A DNA stretch of 64,000 nt from a virus, in the IMG/VR virus record IMGVR_UViG_3300048919_000123, positions 19,665-83,664 of that record. One strand, given 5' to 3'. The position numbers were made by a program, and so were the translations under genes. Below the pieces are notes generated by a model that searched no databases, had not been told where the DNA came from, and was given only the letters and a program-made list of their open reading frames with translations. Below are positions 1 to 10,298 of the stretch, in pieces. Position 1 is the first letter of the stretch. The number at the start of each line of letters is the position of its first letter.

Positions 1-3000
1 GTGAATGGGGAACTGGACGCATCACCAACTTGCAGGTTGGCTTCAGGCAGACCGGAAGTGGCCTGATCCAGTTGCTTGGTGCGGATCTGGCTGTAGATCC
101 GGTTGAACTCCTGCAGGCTTACCGTGCCTTCGTTCAGGCCCTTCTGCAGGACAGCCAGATCATTGGCAGCCACGCCGAACGGCGACTGGGCGTAGGAGTC
201 GCGCAGTTTATCCAGTGCAGCTGCCTCCTTGTCCAGCGCTAGTATGGCCTTGTAGTGGGTCAGGTTCAGCTCGCCGAGGGCTTTGTTTTCCTGATCCATG
301 GTGATGGTGCCGGCCGCGCGCAGGCGCTGCATCGCGGCGGTGCCTTTCTGCAGTTCCAGCTGGGCAGCGCTCGCCTCGTCGAACTTCTTGGCCAGCGCCG
401 TGTAGGTGCGCAGATCCTCTGCAGCCTGTCGATCATCCGTGCGGGTGGCTTTCGCGCCGGCCTTGTCAGACTTGGTCTCCAAGCCCTTGATCTGACCCAG
501 TACCTTCGCCTGTTCCTTGTACAGCTCGGTCACGGTTTTGACGTCCATGGCCTTGCCGTCGCCCGGGTTCTCGGCGGCTTTGATCTTCGCAGCGATGTCC
601 GCAGCCTGCTTCTGGTATGCGGCCATGTTCTCGGTGTCGCTGCGGGTTACCGCGGCGGCTGCCTGGCGTGCTTCGACGAGTTTGTTCTCCTCGTCGGTGA
701 CCTTCTCCTGAATCTTGGCGCGCTCGGCCTCCAGCTTGGCGATCCGGTTCACCGAGACTTCTGCCAGCTGCAGGCCCGGGCGCATGTCGGTGTTGCCCGC
801 CGCGATTGCTGCCTCATCCTGCTTGATGAGTTTGGCCTGCGCAGCTTTGGCTTCGGTGATCTGGTTCTCGATGTCCAGCAATTGCTGGGCGTTCGAGGTC
901 ACGTCCTTGTAGACCTTGGCGTCCGCCTCTTTCTTGGCGTCAGCTTCCAGGCTACTGATCGTCTCGGAGAACGGACGGACATTGCTCTGGGTGCGCAGGA
1001 GCTGGCCAGTGCCGAGTTCGACCTGCCGCTGGGCAAGCGCCTTCTCCTGCTCCAGGCGGCCGACGTCCTGCGCCAGCTTCAGGTTGCTGAAGCCGATGCC
1101 GCTGCGGCTCTGGCTCTGTTCCAGTTTGGCCTGGGCCAGGGTCAGGTCGTTGGTCAACCCGATCAGCTTCTGGATTCGGCGAGCCTGGTAATCGGCCTCG
1201 GTCGAGTAATCGTTGGTGGTGGTGCCGAGCTTGGCCAGCGACTCCTCGGAATCCTTGACCTTCTGGTCATAGGTGCCGACCAGCGAGCGCAAGCTCTCCA
1301 GCCGCTTGGTCAGCGGCGCGAGGTTCTCTTCCGATACCCCGGCGCCGCGCGCGTTGTTGATCAGCGTGACCTGGCTGGCGATCTGCGAGGACAGATCGGT
1401 CGAGCCCTGCTTATCGGCCTTGATCTGCTCTTTCAGGGCAGCCCGCTGACGCGCCAGCCCGGTCTCCTCGATGGACTGCTTGAGCTGGTCGTAACTGCTC
1501 TTGACGTCGTCCACCGAGTCCCGGTGCTTGATCACTTCCTCATCGGTGTTGGTGCTGAAGACCTCCCAGATCGCCGAGCCGATGCCGTAGATCAGACCCA
1601 CCCAGCCGAGCGCGCGCATCACCAGCCCGGCAGCGGCGGCGAACCGCGCCAGCCCTGCGGCGGCGGTGGCCGAGGCAGCGGTCATCGAACCCATGACGCC
1701 CACCGACCGGCCGAGGGTGGCGTTGAACATTTCGGTGTTGGTGCGCGCCACACTGGTGGCCATGCCCATGATCTGGTAGTTCGCCGAGGCACCCTTCAAC
1801 CGGTCAGCGACCAGGGTCAGCCTCTCGGCCGCGCCCTTCGCATCGGCGGAGAACGCCGCGAACACCGTGCCGCTGGCGAACTTGTAGGCGACGATACCGG
1901 CGACCACACGGGCAAAGGCTTCTGCCGTGGTCTGCGCCTGCACCAGCAACCGATCAAGGCCGGTGATGTCGGTGCCTTCCTTGTACGGCTCCATCATGTC
2001 GAGGACGTATTTGGACATGCGCGCGGTGGCTTCACGCAGCTTGCCGTCTAGCGAGCTGAACGCCTGCAGCTGGACTTCCTCAAGGCTCGACAGGAATTCC
2101 TTCCAGTCGAACTTCAGGTTGTCGGAGATGATCTTCTCCATCCGGTCACCGGCACCGGCGACATTCTGGTTCTGCTCAGCGAACTGGTTGTACTGGCTGG
2201 CGTTGTCGACCAGACCGGTTACCGCAGACGAAGCGTAGACGCCCACCAGGTTGGTGATTGCCGCCAGACGCTCAGGGCCTGGCAGGTCTTTGAAGGCGTT
2301 GCTCATCTGGTTGATGATGTTGGTCAGCGAGCGGGTATTGCCTTCCGCGTCGAGGATATCCAGGCCGTACTTGCTGATGACCTCCGAACCCTTTTTGGTT
2401 GGGTTCAGCAGGCTGGTGAACATCCGGCGCAGCGCCGAGCCCGAGCGGGAGCCCTTGATGCCGGAGTTGGCCATGGTCTCAATGGCCGCGGTGGTGTCCT
2501 GAATCGAGAAGCCGGCGGTCTTCGCCGCCGGGCCGGCGTAACTCAGCGAGTTGGCCAGCTGCTCAATGTCGGCGTTGGAGTTGTTGACCGCAGTCGCCAT
2601 CAGGTCGACGACACTCTGCAGCTCCTTGGCCTGCATGCCGAACGTCATGAGCACGTTGGTCGAGATGTCCGCCGAGCGCGCCATCGACACGTTCGCGAGG
2701 TTGGCCAGCTGCAGGGACGGCTTCAGCGCCACCAGCGCCTGGTTGGCAGACAGGCCAGCCATACCCAGTTGCTGCAGGCCTTCGCCAACTTCCGACGCGG
2801 TGAACACCGTGGTCTGACCCAGCGCCCTGACCTGCATCTCCAGCGCGCGCGACTGCATCTCGGCGTTGGTCAGCCAGTTGGCGCTGCTGTCGCCGGTGGA
2901 CATCACGGCGCGGGTGCGGGCCATGGTCGCGTAGAACTCGGCGCCGGTCACCACGGAGTCGCGCATCGCAGCCGCGATCCCGTAGGTTGCCGTGGCAGCC

Positions 3001-4226
3001 AGTACCGTGGCACTGGTGTACATGCCGACGCTGGCGTGCAGCCCGGTCAGGCCAGCGCGCAACATGGCGGCCGATTGACTGCCCAGCTCCTGCGAGATGT
3101 TGACCTTGGACTGCGCGGCGCCGAAGCCCAGCAGGCTGGTGGTGGACATCGCCAGCAGCTTGTTGTGGCGCTCCTGCTCCGCGATCTGCGTCTTCAGCGC
3201 GGTGACGCGCTGGCCGTGAGCAGTTGACGACAGTTGAGCCTGCGCCTGCAGCCTGACGAGCTGAGCTTCTTCACGCTTGAGCGCAGCGGTCATCTCGTCG
3301 ACGACTTTTTTCTCGACGGTGGCTTCGGTGATCGCCCGCTTGCGCGCGGAGATCTGCGCCTGAACCTTGGCGATTTCTTCCTGGCGTCCGCCGCTCAGGC
3401 TGGTCAGGGTCTGCCGCAGCTTCTGCAGCTGTAGATCCTCCCGGCTGGCCTCAGTAATCTCGGCCTTGCGCGCGGCGATCAGTTGCTGAACCTTGGTGAT
3501 CTCTTCCTGCTGTCCGCCGGTGAGACCAGCCAGCGTCTTCTGCAGGGTGCGCAGCTGCGTGTCGAGCCGGAACTCTTCGGTGATCTGGCTGCGACGGTGG
3601 GCGATGTACGCCTCCGTCATCACGTTGGCCTTGCCCTGCTCGTTGGACATGCTGGCCAGGGTCAGCACCAGCTTGTCACCGGTGATGCGCAAGCGCTGGT
3701 CTACCGTGGCCAGGTTCTGTTTGTGAGCGAGGTTGGCTTTGAGGTTGGCGTTGGTCTTGCCGACCTCAGTGTCGGTGGCAGCGATCGCAGCGCGCAGGTA
3801 GCCGTTCTCGGCCGTCAGCTTATTGGTCAGCTGCAGGGTCTTCTGCTGCCAGGCGTTGTAGGTGTTCTTGCTGGCGGTGTCGTTCAGCAGACGCCCCAGC
3901 TCGGCCAGCTCACCGTTGTACGCTTTGGCTTGCACGGTGGCTTTGAGGTTATTGGCTGCAAGCCCGGACATCATCAGGTTGACGTTGTCCCGCACGGTCT
4001 GCATGGTTTTGCCGAGCTTCTCGGCATCGGCACCCGCATCGACCAGAATTTTTTCCAGCTTGTCGTACTCGGCATTCATCGAGGACAACAACTTGGTGGA
4101 AGCCGAAGTGGATTTTCCGGACTTGGCTTCAAGGGCGTCGAGCGACTTACCCATGTTCGCCAGGCGGATCTGGAACTGCGCCAGCTGGCTCAGTGATTCG
4201 GAGAAATCCACTTCAAACTGAGCCAT
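1..4226 (-). CDS. Tail tape measure protein, TP901 family (3' end runs off the window)
   Basis: ATG at 4226 (MAQFEVDFSESLSQLAQ...), same frame still open at position 1; Ala-rich helical sequence; TP901 core motif ANSGIKGSRSGSALRR near 2430-2475; follows tail chaperones. Absent from the ORF track because it lacks a stop in the window. Confidence 0.92.
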   Translation of the reverse strand, partial: MAQFEVDFSESLSQLAQFQIRLANMGKSLDALEAKSGKSTSASTKLLSSMNAEYDKLEKILVDAGADAEKLGKTMQTVRDNVNLMMSGLAANNLKATVQAKAYNGELAELGRLLNDTASKNTYNAWQQKTLQLTNKLTAENGYLRAAIAATDTEVGKTNANLKANLAHKQNLATVDQRLRITGDKLVLTLASMSNEQGKANVMTEAYIAHRRSQITEEFRLDTQLRTLQKTLAGLTGGQQEEITKVQQLIAARKAEITEASREDLQLQKLRQTLTSLSGGRQEEIAKVQAQISARKRAITEATVEKKVVDEMTAALKREEAQLVRLQAQAQLSSTAHGQRVTALKTQIAEQERHNKLLAMSTTSLLGFGAAQSKVNISQELGSQSAAMLRAGLTGLHASVGMYTSATVLAATATYGIAAAMRDSVVTGAEFYATMARTRAVMSTGDSSANWLTNAEMQSRALEMQVRALGQTTVFTASEVGEGLQQLGMAGLSANQALVALKPSLQLANLANVSMARSADISTNVLMTFGMQAKELQSVVDLMATAVNNSNADIEQLANSLSYAGPAAKTAGFSIQDTTAAIETMANSGIKGSRSGSALRRMFTSLLNPTKKGSEVISKYGLDILDAEGNTRSLTNIINQMSNAFKDLPGPERLAAITNLVGVYASSAVTGLVDNASQYNQFAEQNQNVAGAGDRMEKIISDNLKFDWKEFLSSLEEVQLQAFSSLDGKLREATARMSKYVLDMMEPYKEGTDITGLDRLLVQAQTTAEAFARVVAGIVAYKFASGTVFAAFSADAKGAAERLTLVADRLKGASANYQIMGMATSVARTNTEMFNATLGRSVGVMGSMTAASATAAAGLARFAAAAGLVMRALGWVGLIYGIGSAIWEVFSTNTDEEVIKHRDSVDDVKSSYDQLKQSIEETGLARQRAALKEQIKADKQGSTDLSSQIASQVTLINNARGAGVSEENLAPLTKRLESLRSLVGTYDQKVKDSEESLAKLGTTTNDYSTEADYQARRIQKLIGLTNDLTLAQAKLEQSQSRSGIGFSNLKLAQDVGRLEQEKALAQRQVELGTGQLLRTQSNVRPFSETISSLEADAKKEADAKVYKDVTSNAQQLLDIENQITEAKAAQAKLIKQDEAAIAAGNTDMRPGLQLAEVSVNRIAKLEAERAKIQEKVTDEENKLVEARQAAAAVTRSDTENMAAYQKQAADIAAKIKAAENPGDGKAMDVKTVTELYKEQAKVLGQIKGLETKSDKAGAKATRTDDRQAAEDLRTYTALAKKFDEASAAQLELQKGTAAMQRLRAAGTITMDQENKALGELNLTHYKAILALDKEAAALDKLRDSYAQSPFGVAANDLAVLQKGLNEGTVSLQEFNRIYSQIRTKQLDQATSGLPEANLQVGDASSSPF

Positions 4227-4613
4227 TTATTTCTTCCTTGGGCGGGGCTTCCGTTTCGTATCTTCCAGGGCTTTACGATCAGCCTCGGACTTCGTGAACT
4301 GATCATACAGGATGGCGTTGTCTGTTTCCTCCATTGTCAAGTAAAACAAGTCCAGCTGGGAGGGATGAAGGCGCAGCACCCTTTCGGCGAAGTCGGCCAT
4401 TTCCTGATAATTCAGCGGCTGCATTCCATGCTCGCCGAACTGCCGCCTGCGGTGCAGACGGAAGAAGGACTCTGGCAGCCACCGGTGTATGGGGAGAGGT
4501 TCTTTGTACTCGGCAAGCTTGGGGTGAGCCTTGCCGAATCGCTTCTCCAGCGCCTTGAAGGCGCGGATACCCTTCTCCCCGTACTGAATCAGGAAACGGC
4601 AGAATCCTTTACC
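4227..4613 (-). CDS. Tail assembly chaperone C-terminal extension (gpT-like, -1 frameshift product)
   Basis: -1 frame is open from GGTAAAG (4613-4607) through GFCRFLIQYGEKG... into the 65-aa ORF ending at 4227. Confidence 0.75.
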   Translation of the reverse strand, partial: GKGFCRFLIQYGEKGIRAFKALEKRFGKAHPKLAEYKEPLPIHRWLPESFFRLHRRRQFGEHGMQPLNYQEMADFAERVLRLHPSQLDLFYLTMEETDNAILYDQFTKSEADRKALEDTKRKPRPRKK

Positions 4614-5029
4614 GTCGTGGCCACTTCGTGGTCAGCCGAAGCCAGGTAGTAATAGTGGTTGTTGCTGTAGTTTTCCAGCCAGGCAGCAAGTTCGGCATAC
4701 AGCGGATTGAGCAGCAGCTTGGTGCCGATCTCAGGGGTGTAGGCGATCTCCCCTTGGCCTTTCTCACCGACGTTGCGCCAGTTCAGCAGAATGTGCTCGC
4801 AGAACGCGATGGTGTGGATTTCCTGCATCTTGGCCACGCCTTCCACGGTGATCAGACCGTGGTCGTCCTTGGCATCGATTACTTCTTTGTTCTGGGTGTA
4901 GAGCTCGCCCAGGCGGGCTTGGAACGCAGGGCCTTTACGGGCCAGCAGAAATTCGCCGCCCATGTAGTTCGCCCAGACGCCGCCTTGAGCAAGTTTTGGG
5001 TCGACTGCGATAGAAGAGAGAATGAGCAT
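4589..5029 (-). CDS. Tail assembly chaperone (gpG-like)
   Basis: 146 aa, AAGGA RBS, located between tail tube and tape measure genes. Confidence 0.8.
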   Translation of the reverse strand: MLILSSIAVDPKLAQGGVWANYMGGEFLLARKGPAFQARLGELYTQNKEVIDAKDDHGLITVEGVAKMQEIHTIAFCEHILLNWRNVGEKGQGEIAYTPEIGTKLLLNPLYAELAAWLENYSNNHYYYLASADHEVATTVKDSAVS

Positions 5030-5111
5030 TTGGGTCGTCCTTGGGTGGAATGTTCGGTAACTAGCGGCGTTACTCTAGCAAGAGCAACGCCGCAAGTCAC
5101 GACCCAAGGTC

Positions 5112-6170
5112 TTACGGGGTTGGGAGGTAGGTGATCGCCAGAACGCAAGGAACGTCGACGTTGGTGCCGATAGTGACCTTGCCAGCTTCCGCCACCAGAG
5201 TCATGGCCGACTTGTAGTCAGCGTTCTCGCCTTCGGCGTTGTTGGTCGGGGCCTGCGCCATCAGGTTCGGCATCTGGATGGTGAAGGTGCCTTCAACCGT
5301 CGAGATGGTGGCCTTCAGGCTCACACGCTTGTTGGTCATGTGAGTGTCGAGCACGGTCTGGTCGTAGTAGTAGATCTCGCCAGAGAACTGCACAGCGACC
5401 TTGCCCACGCCGATACCGGCCGCGAACTCGTGACCCAGACCGGACTGCTCACGGACGTTGTTCTGGATCTGCAGCGAGGCATCGCTCCAGGTAACTTCCA
5501 GCAGGTCGTCGTCAGCGTTGCGGATCTCGATGTTGGCCAGGTTGTTCGAGCTGTCAGCGATCTCGTAGTTGGCCGGAACCGCTTTCGAGATGGCCACCGA
5601 GCCACCCAGGCCATCAACACCGGCAATCGCGTTGCCGTAGTCGGCGTTGGCCGACATGGTGTTCGATTCCATGGTGATCAGCTCGCCGTCACCGAACTGG
5701 ATGGTGGCGTCGTTGATCAGGGTGCCGAAGTACCACTCATGGTCGAGGCGATCGGTAGACGCGGTGCCCTGGCGGACAGTCTTCTCGATCACCATGTACT
5801 GCTTCAGCTCACCGTCGGTGATGAACTTGCCGAGCAGTGGATCGGTGTTGTCGACGTCCTTCCAGGTGTTCATCATCGCGACCTGCAGCAGGTCGAGGAT
5901 CCAGTTGGTCGCGCCGAACTCGACAGTGATCGCACCGTTGGCGCTGCCCTTGGTGTTCTTCGAGCCGGAAGTGCGACGGTCACCGCGAATCGCAGTCGAG
6001 CTTTTCGGCTCTTTCTGCATCGCGAAACCTTCGGTTGTGAACGGGAGCAACTTCATCGGCACCCGGGAGGCGCCAACGAAATCAGATTTGCTGTCCAGGT
6101 TGCTGAGGGCATATGCCACCGACACCGAGGAACTATCGTTAAAACTCCGAACTTGTGGCATAGCCGTCAA
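5112..6170 (-). CDS. Major tail (tube) protein
   Basis: 352 aa, beta-rich, S.AIRGDR motif, synteny. Confidence 0.8.
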   Translation of the reverse strand: MTAMPQVRSFNDSSSVSVAYALSNLDSKSDFVGASRVPMKLLPFTTEGFAMQKEPKSSTAIRGDRRTSGSKNTKGSANGAITVEFGATNWILDLLQVAMMNTWKDVDNTDPLLGKFITDGELKQYMVIEKTVRQGTASTDRLDHEWYFGTLINDATIQFGDGELITMESNTMSANADYGNAIAGVDGLGGSVAISKAVPANYEIADSSNNLANIEIRNADDDLLEVTWSDASLQIQNNVREQSGLGHEFAAGIGVGKVAVQFSGEIYYYDQTVLDTHMTNKRVSLKATISTVEGTFTIQMPNLMAQAPTNNAEGENADYKSAMTLVAEAGKVTIGTNVDVPCVLAITYLPTP

Positions 6171-6619
6171 CTCCTTTGGACGTAAATTTCGAACTCAATG
6201 TTGATCACCCCACCATAGGCGGTGAATCCATGCAACGGCACCGGATCGGTAGGGGTGAACGTTCGGAATCGGATTCCGTTGACCGTCGCGTCCTGAAACC
6301 AATCGGCTACAGCCTCCACCTTGCGCCCGTACTTTACCTTGTCCCGCGGGGATTTGGTAAACAGCGAGATGTCCAGACTGCCTGTGACCCTACGCGGCGC
6401 CACCTGTGTCGGGCCGGCGCGGCGCGTGCGGTCAATGTCCAGCTCGAACAGCCAGAAGTCTTCGTTCTGTTCCAGCAGCACACCTGCGTCGTTAACGCTG
6501 ACGTCCAGCCCTTCGACAAAGTCGTAACCGAACAGCATGTCCGGAGTGACCTTGGTCAGCAGGTAGTCCCTCACCCGGACATCAAGATCGGTCAGCGATG
6601 ACAGCATAAAGTCGCTCAT
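6167..6619 (-). CDS. Putative tail terminator
   Basis: 150 aa, immediately upstream of tail tube, ATGA coupling. Confidence 0.6.
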   Translation of the reverse strand: MSDFMLSSLTDLDVRVRDYLLTKVTPDMLFGYDFVEGLDVSVNDAGVLLEQNEDFWLFELDIDRTRRAGPTQVAPRRVTGSLDISLFTKSPRDKVKYGRKVEAVADWFQDATVNGIRFRTFTPTDPVPLHGFTAYGGVINIEFEIYVQRS

Positions 6620-7125
6620 CGGTAGCTCTTCCTTACCTGGCCTGCGGTAATCCTGTTTTGAAAGATTCGCCGAACCTCTTCCACCGCGGCTTTACCTGCC
6701 TCCTCGATGTTGGCGTTCTCGCCGTACTCGCTACCCGGGTCGATGGCGTTGAAGAAGTAGAAGACCGTCTCTGGAGTTCGGCCAGCCACCAACTTTTCCA
6801 CCACCTCTCGCAATTCCTTGTCCCGCACAAACCGCTCGGTCAGCCTGGCATTCTTGCCCGCGTCACGGCGCCGACCTACCGGCGGCACACCCGGCCGGGT
6901 CGAGGTTTCCCTCAGATCCCGCAGTGTGCCGTAGCGCCGTGACGCCGGCCGGCTTCTGCCCTTTGCCGCCACCTGCCAGTGCACCGCGGCGTTGGAGGAG
7001 TCATGCTTGGTCACCTGCAGCGCCATCACCAGACCCGCCATAACCGCCTGGCGTATGGCCCGGCTGAACAGCGCACCCAGATCAACACTGAGTTCGTCCG
7101 CCTGCTTGGCGAACTTGCCCATCAC
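6616..7125 (-). CDS. Putative neck/tail completion protein (HK97 gp10-like)
   Basis: TKHDSSNAAVHW resembles the PVDTG.L..SW motif; synteny. Confidence 0.55.
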   Translation of the reverse strand: MMGKFAKQADELSVDLGALFSRAIRQAVMAGLVMALQVTKHDSSNAAVHWQVAAKGRSRPASRRYGTLRDLRETSTRPGVPPVGRRRDAGKNARLTERFVRDKELREVVEKLVAGRTPETVFYFFNAIDPGSEYGENANIEEAGKAAVEEVRRIFQNRITAGQVRKSYR

Positions 7126-8033
7126 GCCACCCTCAGGGTGTACTGCCGTGTGCCTGATTGCGTGGCCACCGATTTCACCTGACGCTTCAACCCGTTCAGC
7201 TCCAGCCAGACGTCCTTACCGGTGATGTCAATGCCGAAGGGCAGGTGCTCTGCCTCGAAATACACAGTCCGGTACGACTGAGTGTCCGTGGCCCAGAGGG
7301 CAGCGTCGGTCGACTTCTCCATGACCCCTGTGACGTTGTAGCTGACCTCACCGCCTTCCCATTGGTGCGTGGTGTTGTTCATCGTCCGCTTGCTGCCGAC
7401 GTGCAACACGAAGTCGCTGCGATAGTCGCCCTCGTGGTCAATACGCAGGGCAAAGAATCCGGAGTCGGCGAACGTATCCAGCACGCGGTACTTCACGTTG
7501 TGCAGGGTGATGAAGTCCCATTCTTGCGGCTGCACATTCAACGGCAGGTAGGCGTTGTAGCGCTCGATCCGCAGATCCGTGGTCTCGACTTCGTCGGTGC
7601 TGCTGAGGAACTCAGTGTCGATGTAGCTTTTGGCAAAGACCGTGTCGACCAGCCAGCCAGGATTCTCCGGCGGGCCCTGCACGACCTTGCGAGTAATTGT
7701 GGCCAGCCCAGAGCTTCCACCGGGCAGATCCGTTACCAGTTGCAGGATGGTCAGGCCAAGGTATTCCTTGCCGTGCCTAGCGTCCTTTCGGGTGGTGCCG
7801 AGGATGTAGACGTCGTGCGTGCCCGGGTGCCGAAACGTCAGGCTCTCCGGGAACACCACGTTGCTGTCGGTGAACAACATCCGACGGCGAGTTGGTTTGT
7901 TGAAGTTGCTGAGGAAGCGATCGGTCAAATCGATACGGCCAACGAACGAATCCGGCACCCAGGTCTCCGTCAGCGGATCCCAGGCTTCCATTTTCTCGTC
8001 GGCGTATTTCAGCGCGATCTTCTTCAGCTTCAT
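7122..8033 (-). CDS. Putative head closure/stopper protein
   Basis: 303 aa beta-rich; follows adaptor. Confidence 0.5.
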   Translation of the reverse strand: MKLKKIALKYADEKMEAWDPLTETWVPDSFVGRIDLTDRFLSNFNKPTRRRMLFTDSNVVFPESLTFRHPGTHDVYILGTTRKDARHGKEYLGLTILQLVTDLPGGSSGLATITRKVVQGPPENPGWLVDTVFAKSYIDTEFLSSTDEVETTDLRIERYNAYLPLNVQPQEWDFITLHNVKYRVLDTFADSGFFALRIDHEGDYRSDFVLHVGSKRTMNNTTHQWEGGEVSYNVTGVMEKSTDAALWATDTQSYRTVYFEAEHLPFGIDITGKDVWLELNGLKRQVKSVATQSGTRQYTLRVA

Positions 8034-8518
8034 TGCGTGGCCGCCGCTCTTGGTGTGGTGATCGGATCACGGTCAGGGATCACACGCGCGATAACGGTGA
8101 ACGGCATGACGGTTTCCGGCACCAGCTTCAGGTCTTCCAGCAGGTCTGAGAGGTGGCCGTCTGCCGTTTCCAGCAGACGGTCTGACATCCACAGCCAGCC
8201 ATCCTTGTCGCTGCGCTGCCCCTCGTTGGAGCCGTCGGTGTCCTTCTTGAGGATGAACACCTGAGCCATCCTGGCCACGACCCCAGCACAGAAATACTTC
8301 GCCATAAGCTTGAGCTTGCGCTTACGGGCCGCCGTGAAATCCGTCCCTGTTTCATCGGCGATACCTGCCCACACATCCGGCAGAGCCTTGTCCAGCGCAG
8401 CGCCGAGGTCGTCATCCAACCCCTGCGCTTCGAGCTTTTCAGCGTCGATGTCCGTGTCATCCACGGTCAGCACCGCAAGGATCTGCGCGGTGGTGGTCAG
8501 GCCGAAGTAGTCAGGCAT
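8030..8518 (-). CDS. Putative head-tail adaptor
   Basis: 162 aa helical protein downstream of capsid genes. Confidence 0.55.
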   Translation of the reverse strand: MPDYFGLTTTAQILAVLTVDDTDIDAEKLEAQGLDDDLGAALDKALPDVWAGIADETGTDFTAARKRKLKLMAKYFCAGVVARMAQVFILKKDTDGSNEGQRSDKDGWLWMSDRLLETADGHLSDLLEDLKLVPETVMPFTVIARVIPDRDPITTPRAAATQ

Positions 8519-8519
8519 G

Positions 8520-9020
8520 TCAGTCTTCCTTCACTTCACGCAGCAAACGGGCCTTGATCTGATTCTGCAGCCAGCCGTCGTCCTGCAGGTGCTCGGTCTG
8601 GCCGGCGTAGATCCACTTACCCGACGAGGCTTGACGCATGTCGGAGTGGGTAAGGTTTTCCACCAGAACCAGTTCCAGACGGCGAGGTTTCTTGCCTTCG
8701 GCAGTAGCCACAGCATTTTCCTGCGCCACACGCTCAAGATCGGAAGCAGCACGCTTGTCGGCCTCTTCCTTCTCGGCAGCCAGGCGCAACGCTTCCTTCT
8801 CGTCGCGCTCTTTCTGGGCCTGGTCGGCTTCCGCTTTGGCATCCGCCTCGGCTTTTGCTACACGTTCGGACTCAGCTTTGGCAGCTTCTTCCTCGCGGGC
8901 TTTCTGATCGCGAGCTTCCTGCTCTTTACGATCTTCTTCAGCCTTGGCATCGGCAACGCGCTGAGCTTCCAGCTCTTCAGCGGTAGGTTCTTTTTCGGTA
9001 TCGGCTTTTTTCAGTGCCAT
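8520..9020 (-). CDS. Hypothetical protein with Ala/Glu/Lys-rich coiled coil
   Basis: 166 aa, GGAG RBS, low-complexity N-terminal part plus small C-terminal domain. Confidence 0.7.
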   Translation of the reverse strand: MALKKADTEKEPTAEELEAQRVADAKAEEDRKEQEARDQKAREEEAAKAESERVAKAEADAKAEADQAQKERDEKEALRLAAEKEEADKRAASDLERVAQENAVATAEGKKPRRLELVLVENLTHSDMRQASSGKWIYAGQTEHLQDDGWLQNQIKARLLREVKED

Positions 9021-9051
9021 GATCCATGATCTCCAGCTATGTCCAAATGGA

Positions 9052-9077
9052 TGAAAGGCCGCCGAAGCGGCCTTTCA
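9052..9077 (-). terminator. Hairpin/terminator after major capsid gene
   Basis: GAAAGGCCGC-TTCG-GCGGCCTTTC, cUUCGg loop. Confidence 0.7.
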
Positions 9078-9085
9078 GTTGATGC

Positions 9086-10261
9086 TTAGGCCTCGAGGCT
9101 CAGCACCGACCAGGCTTCGTCGTACAGACGGGTAGCCATTTCGCCATAGTCCACGCGGAAACCGGTGGCTTTGCGCATCACGAACTCTTCGATGGCGTCA
9201 TACGCCGCCGAGATGTTCACGAAACGCTGGATGGCGTAGCGCGGGTCGAAGCCAACCAGCAGACCGGCGCCGAACATGTCTGGTTCGAACGGGGTGATGC
9301 GTGGTTGGGTCAGGCCCAGGTTCATGCCAGCCCACGGAGTGGCGATCTTCGAGTTGTCGGTGCCGGTGTTCTTCGGCGCCAGACCTTCGTCGACGTCCAG
9401 CGCGGTGTCGATGTCGGTCAACACCTGGCTGATGTTGGCGGTTTTGCGCATGCTGAACAGCCACTTGATGTAGGCACGCTTGGTGATCACGCCATCAGCA
9501 ACGATGGACGAGTCAAACTGGCTGGCCTTCAGGATCGGCAGCGGATCCATGTCCAGGTCAGTATCGCCCAGAACCATGGATTTCAGTTGCTCACCTACGC
9601 GACGGATCTTGTCACCGCGCGACTGTGCTTCCATGACGATACGCACCAGGTCGATGGTGGTAGCAGCCATGGCTTCGTTCGCGATCATCAGACCAATCGA
9701 ATTGGTTGGGATCTTGAACGATTTTTGGCCGGTGCTGATGGAAACCATGGTTTCCGGCAGCGCCATCTGCACGATACGACCGCTGCGGCTGCCTTCAGGC
9801 GCCGAAGTGTCGATGATTGGCTGCTCAGCCTTCATGCCGTTGATGTTGCGACTGGTGGCAATGAAGGATTCCCAGATCGACAGGATGTCAGAACCGTCAT
9901 CACGCAAGGTGTTGGCGTTCATGGTTTCCAGGATCAGCTGCGGGTACAGCAGGCGCGCGCCGAGGGAGCTGTCGTTGCCGTCCGGGCGACGGAAGCCGTC
10001 AGCCTGGGTCAGGCCGGCGATCTGTGCCATGGTCAGCGCTGGGCCAACACGCGAGTCCGCATCCATCATGCCGGCGTTGGTCATCATCTGGTCGATCGGG
10101 TCGCCCATGGTGACATCAAAGTCGGAAGCCAGGGTACGGATGTACTGGCGAAGATCCATGCCAGCGGCAGCGGCCTGGGCGTAAAGCTCGACGTTCGCGT
10201 CGAGGCTCTTTTCAACCTGTTTGCCATTGTCGTTGGCGACGTATTTCAGGGTGCATTGCAT
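9086..10261 (-). CDS. Major capsid protein
   Basis: ~391 aa from ATG 10261 with AAGGAA RBS; position after protease and decoration genes; followed by terminator. Confidence 0.85.
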   Translation of the reverse strand: MQCTLKYVANDNGKQVEKSLDANVELYAQAAAAGMDLRQYIRTLASDFDVTMGDPIDQMMTNAGMMDADSRVGPALTMAQIAGLTQADGFRRPDGNDSSLGARLLYPQLILETMNANTLRDDGSDILSIWESFIATSRNINGMKAEQPIIDTSAPEGSRSGRIVQMALPETMVSISTGQKSFKIPTNSIGLMIANEAMAATTIDLVRIVMEAQSRGDKIRRVGEQLKSMVLGDTDLDMDPLPILKASQFDSSIVADGVITKRAYIKWLFSMRKTANISQVLTDIDTALDVDEGLAPKNTGTDNSKIATPWAGMNLGLTQPRITPFEPDMFGAGLLVGFDPRYAIQRFVNISAAYDAIEEFVMRKATGFRVDYGEMATRLYDEAWSVLSLEA

Positions 10262-10298
10262 GATTTCGATTCCTTGAAAAATTGGTCGGATTCGGCGA

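Noticed and set aside
255-4196. Long plus-strand ORFs (598 aa, 237 aa etc.)
   Set aside because: Antisense shadows of the tape measure gene caused by GC-biased codon usage; no RBS or motifs
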